Shown piece by piece: positions 1-15,849 of a stretch of DNA of 64,000 nucleotides (its first letter is position 1; each line of letters begins with the position of its first letter). Where the stretch lies: NCBI GenBank assembly GCA_964016885.1, contig CAXHJY010001712.1, positions 52,359 through 116,358 of the forward strand, read 5' to 3'. The position numbers and the translations under genes are program-made. The notes under the pieces are model-generated. The model saw only the letters and a list, made by a program, of their open reading frames with translations. It had not been told where the DNA came from and did no database searches. This DNA comes from Eledone cirrhosa (taxonomy: Eukaryota).

Positions 1-3000
1 GTGACACCTACATGACCACTTACAGTGTCGACTGGGTGATTTTCGTTGTGACACCTACATGACCATTTTACAGTGTGGATGGGGTGATTTTTGTTGTGAC
101 ACCTACATAACCACTTTACAGTGTGGACTGGGTGATTTGTGTTGTGTCACCTACATGGCCACTCTACAGTGTGGACTGGGTGATTTTTGTTGTGACACCT
201 ACATGACCACTTTACAGTGTGGACTGGGTGATTTGTGTTGTGTCACCTACATGGCCACTCTACAGTGTGGACTGGGTGATTTTTGTTGTGACACCTACAT
301 GACCACTTTACAGTGGACTGTGTACTTTTTGTTATGAAACCTCCATGATCACTTTACAATGTGGACTGGGTGATGTTGTTGTGACACCTAATGACCACTT
401 TCCATGTGGACTGGGTGATTTTTGTTGTGACACCTACATATCTACTTTATAGTGTGGTCGGTGTGATTTTTTTTGTGACACGTAAATGACCACTTTACAG
501 TGTGGGCTGGGTGATTTGTGTTGTGACACCTACATGGCCAATTTACAGTGTGGACTGGGTGTTTTTTGTCATAACACCTACATGACCTCTTTCCAGTGTG
601 GACTGGGTGTTTTTTTTGTTGTGATAACTACATGACCACTTTACAGTGTGGACTAGGTGATTTTGTTGTTACATGTACATGACCACTTTACAGTGTGGAA
701 TGGGTGTTTTTTGGTGTGACACGTACGTGACCACTTTACAGTGTGGTCTGGGTGTTTTTTGTTGTGACAACTACATGACCACTTTACAGTGTGGGCTGCG
801 AGATTTTTGTTGTGACACCTACATGAACACTTTACAGTGTGGGCTGGGTACTTTTTGTTGTGACACCTACCTCACCACTTTACAGTGTGGTCTGGGTGAT
901 TTTTGTTGTCACACCTACATGACCACTTTACAGTGTGGACTGGGTGATTTTTGTTGTGACACCTACATGACCACTTTGCAGTGTGGACTGGGTGATTTAT
1001 GTTGTGACACCTACATGACCACTTTACAGTGTGGACTGGGAGCTTTTTGTTGTGACATCTATATGAACACTTTACAGTGTGTGCTGGGTGTTTTTTGTTG
1101 CGACACCTACATGACAACTTCGCAGTGCGGACTGGGTGTTTTTTGTTGTGACACCTACAAGACCACTTTACAGTGTGGAATGGGGGATTTTTGTTGTGAC
1201 ACCTACATGACCACTTTAGAGTGTGGACTGGGTGATTTTTGTTGTGACACCTACATGACCACTTTGCAGTGTGGACTGGGTGATTTGTGTTGTGACTCCT
1301 ACATGACCACTTTACAGTGTGGACTGGGTGATATTTGTTGCGACACCTACATGACCACTTTACAGTGTGAATGGGTAATTTTTTTTGTGACACCTACATG
1401 ACCACTTTACAGTGTCGACTGGGTGATTTTTGTTGTGACACCTACATGACCACTTTACAGTGTGGACGGGCTGATTTTTGTTGTGACACCTATATGACCA
1501 CTTTACAGTGTGGACTGGGTGATTTTTGTTGTGACACCTACATGACCACTTTACAGTGTGGACTGGCTGTTTTTTGTTCTGACAACTACATGACCACTTT
1601 ACAGTGTGGCCTGGGTGATTTTTGTTGTGACACCTACATAATTACATTACAGTGTGGACTGGGTGATTTTTGTTGTGACACCTACATGACCACTTTACAG
1701 TGTGGGCTGGGTGATTTTTGTTGTGACACCTACATGACCACTTTACAGTATGTACTGGGTGATTTTTGTTGTGACACCTACATGACCACTTTACAGTGTG
1801 GACGGGGTGATTTTTGTTGTGACACCTACATGATCACTTTACAGTGTGGACTGGGTGATTTTTGTTATGAAACCTCCATGACCACTTTACAATGTGGACT
1901 GGGTGATGTTGTTGTGACACCTAATGACCACTTTCCATGTGGACTGGGTGATTTTTGTTGTGACAACTACATATCTACTTTATAGTTTGGTCGGTGTGAT
2001 TTTTTTTGTGACACGTAAATGACCACTTTACAGTGTGGGCTGGGTGATTTGTGTTGTGACACCTACATGGCCACTTTACAGTGTGGACTGGGTGTTTTTT
2101 GTCATAACACCTACATGACCTCTTTCCAGTGTGGACTGGGTGTTTTTTTTGTTGTGATAACTACATGACCACTTTACAGTGTGGACTAGGTGATTTTGTT
2201 GTTACATGTACATGACCACTTTACAGTGTGGAATGGGTATTTTTTGGTGTGACACGTACGTGACCACTTTACAGTGTGGTCTGGGTGTTTTTTGTTGTGA
2301 CAACTACATGACCACTTTACAGTGTGGGCTGCGAGATTTTTGTTGTGACACCTACATGAACACTTTACAGTGTGGGCTGGGTACTTTTTGTTGTGACACC
2401 TACCTCACCACTTTACAGTGTGGTCTGGGTGATTTTTGTTGTCACACCTACATGACCACTTTACAGTGTGGACTGGGTGATTTTTGTTGTGACACCTACA
2501 TGACCACTTTGCAGTGTGTACTGGGTGATTTTTGTTGTGACACCTACATGAACACTTTACGGTGTGGACTGGGTGATTTATGTTGTGACACCTACATGAC
2601 CACTTTACAGTGTGGACTGGGAGCTTTTTGTTGTGACATCTATATGAACACTTTACAGTGTGTGCTGGGTGTTTTTGTTGCGACACCTACATGACAACTT
2701 CACAGTGCGGACTGGGTGTTTTTTGTTGTGACACCTACATGACCACTTTACAGTGTGGAATGGGGGATTTTTGTTGTGACACCTACATGACCACTTTACA
2801 GTGTGGGCTGGGTGATTTTTGTTGTGACACCTACATGACCACTTTGCAGTGTGTACTGGGTGATTTTTGTTGTAACACCTACATGAACACTTTATGGTGT
2901 GGACTGGGTGATTTATGTTGTGACACCTACATGACCACTTTACAGTGTGGACTGGGTGTTAGTTGTCATGACACCTACATGACTACTTTTCAGTGTGGTC

Positions 3001-6000
3001 TGGGTGTTTTTTGTTGTGACAACTACATCACCACTTTACAGTGTGGGCTGGGTACTTTTTGTTGTAACACCTACATGACCACTTTACAGTGTGGACTGGG
3101 TGTTTTATGTTATGACACCTACGGGACCACTTTACAATGTGGACTGGGTGCTTTTTGTTGTGCCACCTACATGACTCACTTTATGGTGTGGACTGGGTGA
3201 TTTTTGTTGTGACACATACATGACCACTTTACAGTGTGGATTGGGTGATTTTTGTTGTGACACCTCCATGACCACTTTACAATGTGGGCTGGGTGATTTT
3301 TGTTGTGACACCTACATGACCACTTTACTGTGTGGGCTGGGTGATTTTTTGTTGTGACACATACATGACCACTTTACAGTGTGGACTGGGTGATTTTTGT
3401 TGTGACACCTACATGAACACTTTGCAGTGTGTACTGGGTGATTTTTTTTGTGACACCTACATGACCACTTTATGGTGTGGGCTGAGTGATTTATGTTGTG
3501 ACGCTACATGACCACTTTACAGTGTGAACTGGGTGTTTGTTGTCATGACACCTACATGACCTCTTTCCAGTGTGGACTGGGTGTTTTTTGTTGTGATAAC
3601 TACATGACCACTTTACAGTGTGGACTAGGTGATTTTGTTGTTACATGTACATGACCACTTTACAGTGGAATGGGTACTTTTTGTTGTGACACCTACATGA
3701 CCACTTTACAGTGTGGTCTGGGTGATTTTTGTTGTGACACCTACATGACCACTTTACAGTGTGGACTGGCTGTTTTTTGTTGTGACAACTACATGACCAC
3801 TTTACAGTGTGGCCTGGGTGATTTTTGTTGTGACACCTACATATTTACGTTACAGTGTGCGCTGGGTGATTTTTGTTGTTACACCTACATGAACACTTTA
3901 CAGTGAGTACTGGGTGATTTTTGTTGTGACACGTACATATCACTTTACAGTGTGGGCTGGGTGATTTTTGTTATGAAACCTCCATGAACACTTTACAGTG
4001 TGGGCTGGGTGATGTTGTTGTGACACCTAATGACCACTTTACAGTGTGGACTGGGTGATTTCTGTTGTGACACCTACATATCTACTTTATAGTGTGGTCG
4101 GGGTGATTTTTTTTGTAACACGTACATGACCACTTTACAGTGTGGGCTGGGTGGTTTGTGTTGTGACACCTACATGGCCACTTTACAGTGTGGACTGGGT
4201 GTTTTTTGTCATAACACCTACATGACCTCTTTCCAGTGTGGACTGGGTGTTTTTTTTGTTGTGATAACTACATGACCACTTTACAGTGTGGACTAGGTGA
4301 TTTTGTTGTTACATGTACATAACCACTTTACAGTGTGGAATGGGTATTTTTTGGTGTGACACGTACGTGACCACTTTACAGTGTGGTCTGGGTGTTTTTT
4401 GTTGTGACAACTACATGACCACTTTACAGTGTGGGCTGCGAGATTTTTGTTATGAAACCTACATGACCACTTTACAGTGTGGACTGGGTGATTTTGTTGT
4501 GACACCTACATGACCACTTTACAGTGGTATGGGTACTTTTTGTTGTGACACCTATATCATCAATTTACAGTGTGGACTGGGTGATTTTTATTGTGACACC
4601 TACATCACCACTTTGCAGTGTGGACTAGGTGATTTTTGTTGTGACGCCTACCTGTCCACTTTACAGTATAGGCTGGATGATTTTTGTTGTGACACCTATA
4701 TGACAACTTTACAGTGTGGACTGGGTGATTTTTGTTGTGTCACCTACATGACCACTTTACAGTGTGGACTGGGTGATTTTTGTTGTGACACCTACATGAC
4801 CACTTTACAGTGTGGGCTGGGTACTTTTTGTTGTGACACCTACCTCACCACTTTACAGTTTGGTCTGGGTGATTTTTGTTGTGACACCTACATGACCACT
4901 TTGCAGTGTGTACTCGGTGATTTTTGTTGTGACACCTACATGAACACTTTACGGTGTGGACTGGGTGATTTATGTTGTGACACCTACATGACCACTTTAC
5001 AGTGTGTGCTGGGTGTTTGTTGTCATGACACCTACATGACCACTTTCCAGTGTGGACTGGCTGTTTTTTGTTGTGACAACTACATGACCACTTTACAGTG
5101 TGTACTGGGTAGTTTTTGTTGTGACAACTACATGACCACTTTACAGTGTGGACTGGGAGCTTTTTGTTGTGACATCTACATGAACACTTTACAGTGTGGA
5201 ATGGGGGATTTTTGTTGTGACACCTACATGACCACTTTACAGTGTGGGCTGGGTGATTTTTGTTGTGTCACCTACATGACCACTTTGCAGTGTGTACTGG
5301 GTGATTTTTGTTGTGACACCTACATGAACACTTTATGGTGTGGACTGGGTGATTTATGTTGTGACATCTACATGACCACTTTACAGTGTGGACTGGGTGT
5401 TAGTTGTCATGACACCTACATGACTACTTTTCAGTGTGGACTGGGTGTTTTTTGTTGTGACAACTACATCACCACTTTACAGTGTGGGCTGGGTACTTTT
5501 TGTTGTAACATCTACATGACCACTTTACAGCGTGGACTGGGTGTTTTATGTTGTGACACCTACATGAGCACTTTACAGTGTGGACTGGGTGATTTTTGTT
5601 GTGCCACCTACATGACTAACTTTATGGTGTGGACTGGGTGATTTTTGTTGTGACACCTACATACCCACTTTACAGTGTGGACTGGGTGATTTTTGTTGTG
5701 ACACCTACATGACCACTTTACAGTGTGGATTGGGTGATTTTTGTTGTGACACCTCCATGACCACTTTACAATGTGGGCTGGATGATTTTTGTTGTGACAC
5801 CTACATGACCACTTTACTGTGTGGGCTGGGTGAATTTTGTTGTGACACATACATGACCACTTTACAGTGTGGACTGGGTGATTTTTGTTGTGACACCTAC
5901 ATGAACACTTTGCAGTGTGTACTGGGTGATTTTTGTTGTGACACCTACATGACCATTTTATAGTGTGGACTGGGTGATTTTGTTGTAACACGTACATGAC

Positions 6001-8759
6001 CACTTTACAGTGTGGAATGGGTGATTTTTGTTGTGACACCTACCTCACCACTTTACAGTGTGGACTGGGTGATTTTTGTTGTGACACCTACCTCACCACT
6101 TTACAGTGTGGACTGGGTGATTTTCGTTGTGACACCTACATGAACACTTTACAGTGTTGATTAGGTGATTTTTGTTGTGACACCTACATGATCACTTTAG
6201 AGTGTGGACTGGGTGATCTTTGTTGTGACACCTACATGACCACTTACAGTGTCGACTGGGTGATTTTCGTTGTGACACCTACATGACCATTTTACAGTGT
6301 GGATGGGGTGATTTTTGTTGTGACACCTACATAACCACTTTACAGTGTGGACTGGGTGATTTGTGTTGTGTCACCTACATGACCACTTTACAGTGTGGAC
6401 TGGGTGATTTGTGTTGTGACTCCTACATGACAACTTTACAGTGTGGACTGGGTGATATTTGTTGCGACACCTACATGACCACTTTACAGTGGACTGTGTA
6501 CTTTTTTGTTGTGACACCTACATGACCACTTTACAGTGTGGACTGGGTGATTTGTGTTGTGACTCCTACATGACCACTTTACAGTGTGGACTGGGTGATA
6601 TTTGTTGCGACACCTACATGACCACTTTACAGTGTGAATGGGTAATTTTTTTTGTGACACCTACATGACCACTTTACAGTGTGGACGGGGTGATTTTTGT
6701 TGTGACACCTATATGACCACTTTACAGTGTGGACTGGGTGATTTTTGTTGTGACACCTACATGACCACTTTACAGTGTGGACTGGCTGTTTTTTGTTCTG
6801 ACAACTACATGACCACTTTACAGTGTGGCCTGGGTGATTTTTGTTGTGACACCTACATAATTACATTACAGTGTGGACTGGGTGATTTTTGTTGTGACAC
6901 CTACATGACCACTTTACAGTGTGGGCTGGGTGATTTTTGTTGTGACACCTACATGACCACTTTACAGTATGTACTGGGTGATTTTTGTTGTTACACCTAC
7001 ATGACCACTTTACAGTGTGGACGGGGTGATTTTTGTTGTGACACCTACATGATCACTTTACAGTGTGGGCTGGGTGATTTTTGTTATGAAACCTCCATGA
7101 CCACTTTACAATGTGGACTGGGTAATGTTGTTGTGACACCTAATGACCACTTTCCATTTGGACTGGGTGATTTTTGTTGTGACACCTACATATCTACTTT
7201 ATAGTGTGGTAGGTGTGATTTTTTTTGTGACACGTAAATGACCACTTTACAGTGTGGGCTGGGTGATTTGTGTTGTGACACCTACATGACCACTTTACAG
7301 TGTGGACTGGGTGTTTTTTGTCATAACACCTACATGACCTCTTTCCAGTGTGGACTGGGTGTTTTTTTTGTTGTGATAACTACATGACCACTTTACAGTG
7401 TGAACTAGGTGATTTTGTTGTTACATGTACATGACCACTTTACAGTGTGGAATGGGTGTTTTTTGGTGTGACACGTACGTGACCACTTTACAGTGTGGTC
7501 TGGGTGTTTTTTGTTGTGACAACTACATGACCACTTTACAGTGTGGGCTGCGAGATTTTTGTTGTGACACCTACATGAACACTTTACAGTGTGGGCTGGG
7601 TACTTTTTGTTGTGACACCTACCTCACCACTTTACAGTGTGGTCTGGGTGATTTTTGTTGTGACACCTACATAACCACTTTACAGTGTGGACTAGGTGAT
7701 TTTTGTTGTGACACCTACATGACCACTTTGCAGTGTGTACTGGGTGATTTTTGTTGTGACACCTACATGAACACTTTACGGTGTGGACTGGGTGATTTAT
7801 GTTGTGACACCTACATGACCACTTTACAGTGTGGACTGGGAGCTTTTTGTTGTGACATCTATATGAACACTTTACAGTGTGTGCTGGGTGTTTTTTGTTG
7901 CGACACCTACATGACAACTTCACAGTGCGGACTGGGTGTTTTTTGTTGTGACACCTACATGACCACTTTACAGTGTGGAATGGGGGATTTTTGTTGTGAC
8001 ACCTACATGACCACTTTACAATGTGGGCTGGGTGATTTTTGTTGTGACACCTACATGACCACTTTGCAGTGTGTACTGGGTGATTTTTGTTGTGACACCT
8101 ACATGAACACTTTATGGTGTGGACTGGGTGATTTATGTTGTGACACCTACATGACCACTTTGCAGTGTGGACTGGGTGTTAGTTGTCATGACACCTACAT
8201 GACTACTTTTCAGTGTGGACTGGGTGTTTTTGTTGTGACAACTACATCACCACTTTACAGTGTGGACTGGGTGTTTTATGTTATGACACCTACGGGACCA
8301 CTTTACAGTGTGGACTGGGTGCTTTTTGTTGTGCCACCTACATGACTAACTTTATGGTGTGGACTGGGTGATTTTTGTTGTGACACATACATGACCACTT
8401 TACAGTGTGGATTGGGTGATTTTTGTTGTGACACCTCCATGACCACTTTACAATGTGGGCTGGGTGATTTTTGTTGTGACACCTACATGACCACTTTACT
8501 GTGTGGGCTGGGTGATTTTTTGTTGTGACACATACATGACCACTTTACAGTGTGGACTGGGTGATTTTTGTTGTGACACCTACATGAACACTTTGCAGTG
8601 TGTACTGGGTGATTTTTGTTGTGACACCTACATGACCACTTTATGGTGTGGGCTGAGTGATTTATGTTGTGACGCTACATGACCACTTTACAGTGTGAAC
8701 TGGGTGTTTGTTGTCATGACACCTACATGACCTCTTTCCAGTGTGGACTGGGTGTTTTT

Positions 8760-11700
8760 TGTTGTGATAACTACATGACCACGTTACAGTGTGGACTAGG
8801 TGATTTTGTTGTTACATGTACATGACCACTTTACAGTGGAATGGGTACTTTTTGTTGTGACACCTACATGACCACTTTACAGCGTGGACTGGGTGATTTT
8901 TGTTGTGACACCTACATGACCACTTTACAGTGTGGACTGGCTGTTTTTTGTTGTGACAACTACATGACCACTTTACAGTGTGGCCTGGGTGATTTTTGTT
9001 GTGACACCTACATAATTACGTTACAGTGTGCGCTGGGTGATTTTTGTTGTTACACCTACATGAACACTTTACAGTGAGTACTGGGTGATTTTTGTTGTGA
9101 CACGTACATATCACTTTACAGTGTGGGCTGGGTGATTTTTGTTATGAAACCTCCATGAACACTTTACAGTGTGGGCTGGGTGATGTTGTTGTGACACCTA
9201 ATGACCACTTTACAGTGTGGACTGGGTGATTTCTGTTGTGACACCTACATATCTACTTTATAGTGTGGTCGGGGTGATTTTTTTTGTAACACGTACATGA
9301 CCACTTTACAGTGTGGGCTGGGTGGTTTGTGTTGTGACACCTACATGGCCACTTTACAGTGTGGACTGGGTGTTTTTTGTCATAACACCTACATGACCTC
9401 TTTCCAGTGTGGACTGGGTGTTTTTTTTGTTGTGATAACTACATGACCACTTTACAGTGTGGACTAGGTGATTTTGTTGTTACATGTACATAACCACTTT
9501 ACAGTGTGGAATGGGTATTTTTTGGTGTGACACGTACGTGACCACTTTACAGTGTGGTCTGGGTGTTTTTTGTTGTGACAACTACATGACCACTTTACAG
9601 TGTGGGCTGCGAGATTTTTGTTATGAAACCTACATGACCACTTTACAGTGTGGACTGGGTGATTTTGTTGTGACACCTACATGACCACTTTACAGTGGAA
9701 TGGGTACTTTTTGTTGTGACACCTATATCATCAATTTACAGTGTGGACTGGGTGATTTTTATTGTGACACCTACATCACCACTTTGCAGTGTGGACTAGG
9801 TGATTTTTGTTGTGACGCCTACCTGTCCACTTTACAGTATAGGCTGGATGATTTTTGTTGTGACACCTATATGACAACTTTACAGTGTGGACTGGGTGAT
9901 TTTTGTTGTGTCACCTACATGACCACTTTACAGTGTGGACTGGGTGATTTTTGTTGTGACACCTACATGACCACTTTACAGTGTGGGCTGGGTACTTTTT
10001 GTTGTGACACCTACCTTACCACTGTACAGTTTGGTCTGGGTGATTTTTGTTGTGACACCTACATGACCACTTTACAGTGTGGACTGGGTGATTTTTGTTG
10101 TGACACCTACATGACCACTTTGCAGTGTGTACTCGGTGATTTTTGTTGTGACACCTACATGAACACTTTACGGTGTGGACTGGGTGATTTATGTTGTGAC
10201 ACCTACATGACCACTTTACAGTGTGTGCTGGGTGTTTGTTGTCATGACACCTACATGACCACTTTCCAGTGTGGACTGGCTGTTTTTTGTTGTGACAACT
10301 ACATGACCACTTTACAGTGTGTACTGGGTAGTTTTTGTTGTGAAAACTACATGACCACTTTACAGTGTGGACTGGGAGCTTTTTGTTGTGACATCTACAT
10401 GAACACTTTACAGTGTGGAATGGGGGATTTTTGTTGTGACACCTACATGACCACTTTACAGTGTGGGCTGGGTGATTTTTGTTGTGTCACCTACATGACC
10501 ACTTTGCAGTGTGTACTGGGTGATTTTTGTTGTGACACCTACATGAACACTTTATGGTGTGGACTGGGTGATTTATGTTGTGACATCTACATGACCACTT
10601 TACAGTGTGGACTGGGTGTTAGTTGTCATGACACCTACATGACTACTTTTCAGTGTGGACTGGGTGTTTTTTGTTGTGATAACTACATGACCACGTTACA
10701 GTGTGGACTAGGTGATTTTGTTGTTACATGTACATGACCACTTTACAGTGGAATGGGTACTTTTTGTTGTGACACCTACATGACCACTTTACAGCGTGGA
10801 CTGGGTGATTTTTGTTGTGACACCTACATGACCACTTTACAGTGTGGACTGGCTGTTTTTTGTTGTGACAACTACATGACCACTTTACAGTGTGGCCTGG
10901 GTGATTTTTGTTGTGACACCTACATAATTACGTTACAGTGTGCGCTGGGTGATTTTTGTTGTTACACCTACATGAACACTTTACAGTGAGTACTGGGTGA
11001 TTTTTGTTGTGACACGTACATATCACTTTACAGTGTGGGCTGGGTGATTTTTGTTATGAAACCTCCATGAACACTTTACAGTGTGGGCTGGGTGATGTTG
11101 TTGTGACACCTAATGACCACTTTACAGTGTGGACTGGGTGATTTCTGTTGTGACACCTACATATCTACTTTATAGTGTGGTCGGGGTGATTTTTTTTGTA
11201 ACACGTACATGACCACTTTACAGTGTGGGCTGGGTGGTTTGTGTTGTGACACCTACATGGCCACTTTACAGTGTGGACTGGGTGTTTTTTGTCATAACAC
11301 CTACATGACCTCTTTCCAGTGTGGACTGGGTGTTTTTTTTGTTGTGATAACTACATGACCACTTTACAGTGTGGACTAGGTGATTTTGTTGTTACATGTA
11401 CATAACCACTTTACAGTGTGGAATGGGTATTTTTTGGTGTGACACGTACGTGACCACTTTACAGTGTGGTCTGGGTGTTTTTTGTTGTGACAACTACATG
11501 ACCACTTTACAGTGTGGGCTGCGAGATTTTTGTTATGAAACCTACATGACCACTTTACAGTGTGGACTGGGTGATTTTGTTGTGACACCTACATGACCAC
11601 TTTACAGTGGAATGGGTACTTTTTGTTGTGACACCTATATCATCAATTTACAGTGTGGACTGGGTGATTTTTATTGTGACACCTACATCACCACTTTGCA

Positions 11701-12590
11701 GTGTGGACTAGGTGATTTTTGTTGTGACGCCTACCTGTCCACTTTACAGTATAGGCTGGATGATTTTTGTTGTGACACCTATATGACAACTTTACAGTGT
11801 GGACTGGGTGATTTTTGTTGTGTCACCTACATGACCACTTTACAGTGTGGACTGGGTGATTTTTGTTGTGACACCTACATGACCACTTTACAGTGTGGGC
11901 TGGGTACTTTTTGTTGTGACACCTACCTTACCACTTTACAGTTTGGTCTGGGTGATTTTTGTTGTGACACCTACATGACCACTTTACAGTGTGGACTGGG
12001 TGATTTTTGTTGTGACACCTACATGACCACTTTGCAGTGTGTACTCGGTGATTTTTGTTGTGACACCTACATGAACACTTTACGGTGTGGACTGGGTGAT
12101 TTATGTTGTGACACCTACATGACCACTTTACAGTGTGTGCTGGGTGTTTGTTGTCATGACACCTACATGACCACTTTCCAGTGTGGACTGGCTGTTTTTT
12201 GTTGTGACAACTACATGACCACTTTACAGTGTGTACTGGGTAGTTTTTGTTGTGAAAACTACATGACCACTTTACAGTGTGGACTGGGAGCTTTTTGTTG
12301 TGACATCTACATGAACACTTTACAGTGTGGAATGGGGGATTTTTGTTGTGACACCTACATGACCACTTTACAGTGTGGGCTGGGTGATTTTTGTTGTGTC
12401 ACCTACATGACCACTTTGCAGTGTGTACTGGGTGATTTTTGTTGTGACACCTACATGAACACTTTATGGTGTGGACTGGGTGATTTATGTTGTGACATCT
12501 ACATGACCACTTTACAGTGTGGACTGGGTGTTAGTTATCATGACACCTACATGACTACTTTTCAGTGTGGACTGGGTGTTTTTTGTTGTG
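8760..12590. repeat. Higher-order tandem duplication within the satellite, period 1912 bp (about 40 monomers); boundaries approximate
   Basis: Variant patterns recur at +1912 (8841/10753, 9484/11396, 9700/11612). The same block also lies 5171 bp earlier (3670, 4313, 4529). Confidence 0.88.
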
Positions 12591-15500
12591 ACAACTACAT
12601 CACCACTTTACAGTGTGGGCTGGGTACTTTTTGTTGTAACATCTACATGACCACTTTACAGCGTGGACTGGGTGTTTTATGTTGTGACACCTACGGGAGC
12701 ACTTTACAGTGTGGACTGGGTGATTTTTGTTGTGCCACCTACATGACTAACTTTATGGTGTGGACTGGGTGATTTTTGTTGTGACACCTACATACCCACT
12801 TTACAGTGTGGACTGGGTGATTTTTGTTGTGACACCTACATGACCACTTTACAGTGTGGATTGGGTGATTTTTGTTGTGACACCTCCATGACCACTTTAC
12901 AATGTGGGCTGGGTGATTTTTGTTGTGACACCTACATGACCACTTTACTGTGTGGGCTGGGTGAATTTTGTTGTGACACATACATGACCACTTTACAGTG
13001 TGGACTGGGTGATTTTTGTTGTGACACCTACATGAACACTTTGCAGTGTGTACTGGGTGATTTTTGTTGTGACACCTACATGACCACTTTATGGTGTGGG
13101 CTGAGTGATTTATGTTGTGACGCTACATGACCACTTTACAGTGTGAACTGGGTGTTTGTTGTCATGACACCTACATGACCACTTTTCAGTGTGGACTGGG
13201 TACTTTTTGTTGTGACAACTACATGACCACTCTACAGTGTGGTCTGGGTACTTTCTGTTGTGACACCTACATGACCATTTTACTGTTTGGACTGGGTGGT
13301 TTTTGTTGTGACATCTACGGGACCACTTTACAGTGTGGACTGGGTGATTTTTGTTGTGACACCTACATGACCACTTTACAGTGTGTGCTGGGTGTTTTTT
13401 GTTGTGACACCTACATGACCACTTTATAGTCTGTACTGGGTGATTTTTGTTGTGTCACCTACATGACTAACTTTACGGTGTGGAGTGGGTAATTTTTGTT
13501 GTGACACCTACATCACTAACTTTACGGTGTGGACTGGGTGATTTTTGTTGTGACACCTACATGACCACTTTACAGTGTAGACTGGGTGATTTTTGTCGTG
13601 ACACCTACATGACCACTTTACAGTGTGCGCTGGGTGATTTTTATTGTCTCACCTACACGACCACTTTACAGTGTGGGCTGGGTGATTTTTGTTGTGACAC
13701 CTACATGACCACTTTGCAGTGTGTACTGGGTGATTTTTGTTGTGACACTTACATGAACACTTTACGGTGTGGACTGGGTGATTTATGTTGTGACACCTAC
13801 ATGACCACTTTACAGTGTGGGCTGGGTGTTTGTTGTCATGACACCTACATGACCACTTTTCAGTGTGGACTGGGTGTTTTTTGTTGTGACAACTACATGA
13901 CCACTTTACAGTGTGGGCTGGGTACTTTTTGTTGTGACACCTACATGACCACTTTACAGTGTGGTGTGGGTGATTTTTGTTGTGACACCTACGGGAACAC
14001 TTTACAGTGTGGACTGGGTGCTTTTTGTTGTGACACCTACATGACCACTTTACAGTGTGTGCTGGGTGTTTTTTGTTGTGACACCTACATGACCACTTTA
14101 CAATGCGGACTGGGTGATTTTCGTTGTGACACCTACATGACCACTTTACAGTGCGGACTGGGTGATGTTTGTTGTGACACCTACATGACCACTTTACAGT
14201 GTGGGCTGGGTGATTTTTGTTGTGACACCTACATGACCACTTTGCAGTGTGTACTGGGTGATTTTTGTTGTGACACCTACATGAACACTTTATGGTGTGG
14301 ACTGGGTGATTTATGTTGTGACACCTACATGACCACTTTACAGTGTGGACTGGGTGTTAGTTGTCATGACACCTACATGACTACTTTTCAGTGTGGACTG
14401 GGTGTTTTTTGTTGTGACAACTACATCACCACTTTACAGTGTGGGATTGGTACTTTTTGTTGTAACACCTACATGACCACTTTACAGCGTGGACTGGGTG
14501 TTTTATGTTGTGACACCTACGGGACCACTTTACAGTGTGGACTAGGTGCTTTTTTGTTGTGACACCTACATGACCACTTTGCAGTGTGTACTGGGTGATT
14601 TTTGTTGTGCCACCTACATGACTAACTTTATGGTGTGGACTGGGTGATTTTTGTTGTGACACCTACATAGCCACTTTACAGTGTGGACTGGGTGATTTTT
14701 GTTGTGACACCTACATGACCACTTTACAGTGTGGATTGGGTGATTTTTGTTGTGACACCTCCATGACCACTTTACAATGTGGGCTGGGTGATTTTTGTTG
14801 TGACACCTACATGACCACTTTACTGTGTGGGCTGGGTGATTTTTGTTGTGACACGTACATGACCACTTTACAGTGTGGACTGGGTGATTTTTGTTGTGAC
14901 ACCTACATGAACACTTTGCAGTGTGTACTGGGTGATTTTTGTTGTGACACCTACATGACCACTTTATGGTGTGGGCTGAGTGATTTATGTTGTGACGCTA
15001 CATGACCACTTTACAGTGTGAACTGGGTGTTTGTTATCATGACACCTACATGACCACTTTTCAGTGTGGACTGGATGTTTTTTGTTGTGACAACTAGATG
15101 ACCACTCTACAGTGTGGTCTGGGTACTTTCTGTTGTGACACCTACATGACCATTTTACTATTTGGACTGGGTGATTTTTGTTGTGACACCTACATGACCA
15201 CTTTACAGTGTGTGCTGGGTGTTTTTTGTTGTGACACCTACATGACCACTTTATAGTCTGTACTGGGAGATTTTTGTTGTGTCACCTACATGACTAACTT
15301 TACGGTGTGGACCGGGTGATTTTTGTTGTTACACCTACATGACCACTTTACAGTGTAGACTGGGTGATTTTTGTCGTGACACCTACATGACCACTTTACA
15401 GTGTGGGCTGGGTACTTTTGTTGTGACACCTACATGACCACTTTACAGTGTGGACTGGGTGATTTTTGTTGTCTCACCTACATGACCACTTTACAGTGTG

Positions 15501-15849
15501 GGCTGGTTGATTTTTGTTGTGACACCTACATGACCACTTTGCAGTGTGTACTGGGTGATTTTTGTTGTGACACTTACATGAACACTTTACGGTGTGGACT
15601 GGTTGATTTATGTTGTGACACCTACATGACCACTTTACAGTGTGGGCTGGATGTTTGTTGTCATGACACCTACATGACCACTTTTCAGTGTGGACTGGGT
15701 GTTTTTTGTTGTGACAACTACATGACCACTTTACAGTGTGGGCTGGGTACTTTTTGTTGTGACACCTACATGACCACTTTCCAGTGTGGACTGGGTGATT
15801 TTTGTTGTGACACCTACGGGACCACCTTACAGTGTGGACTGGGTGCTTT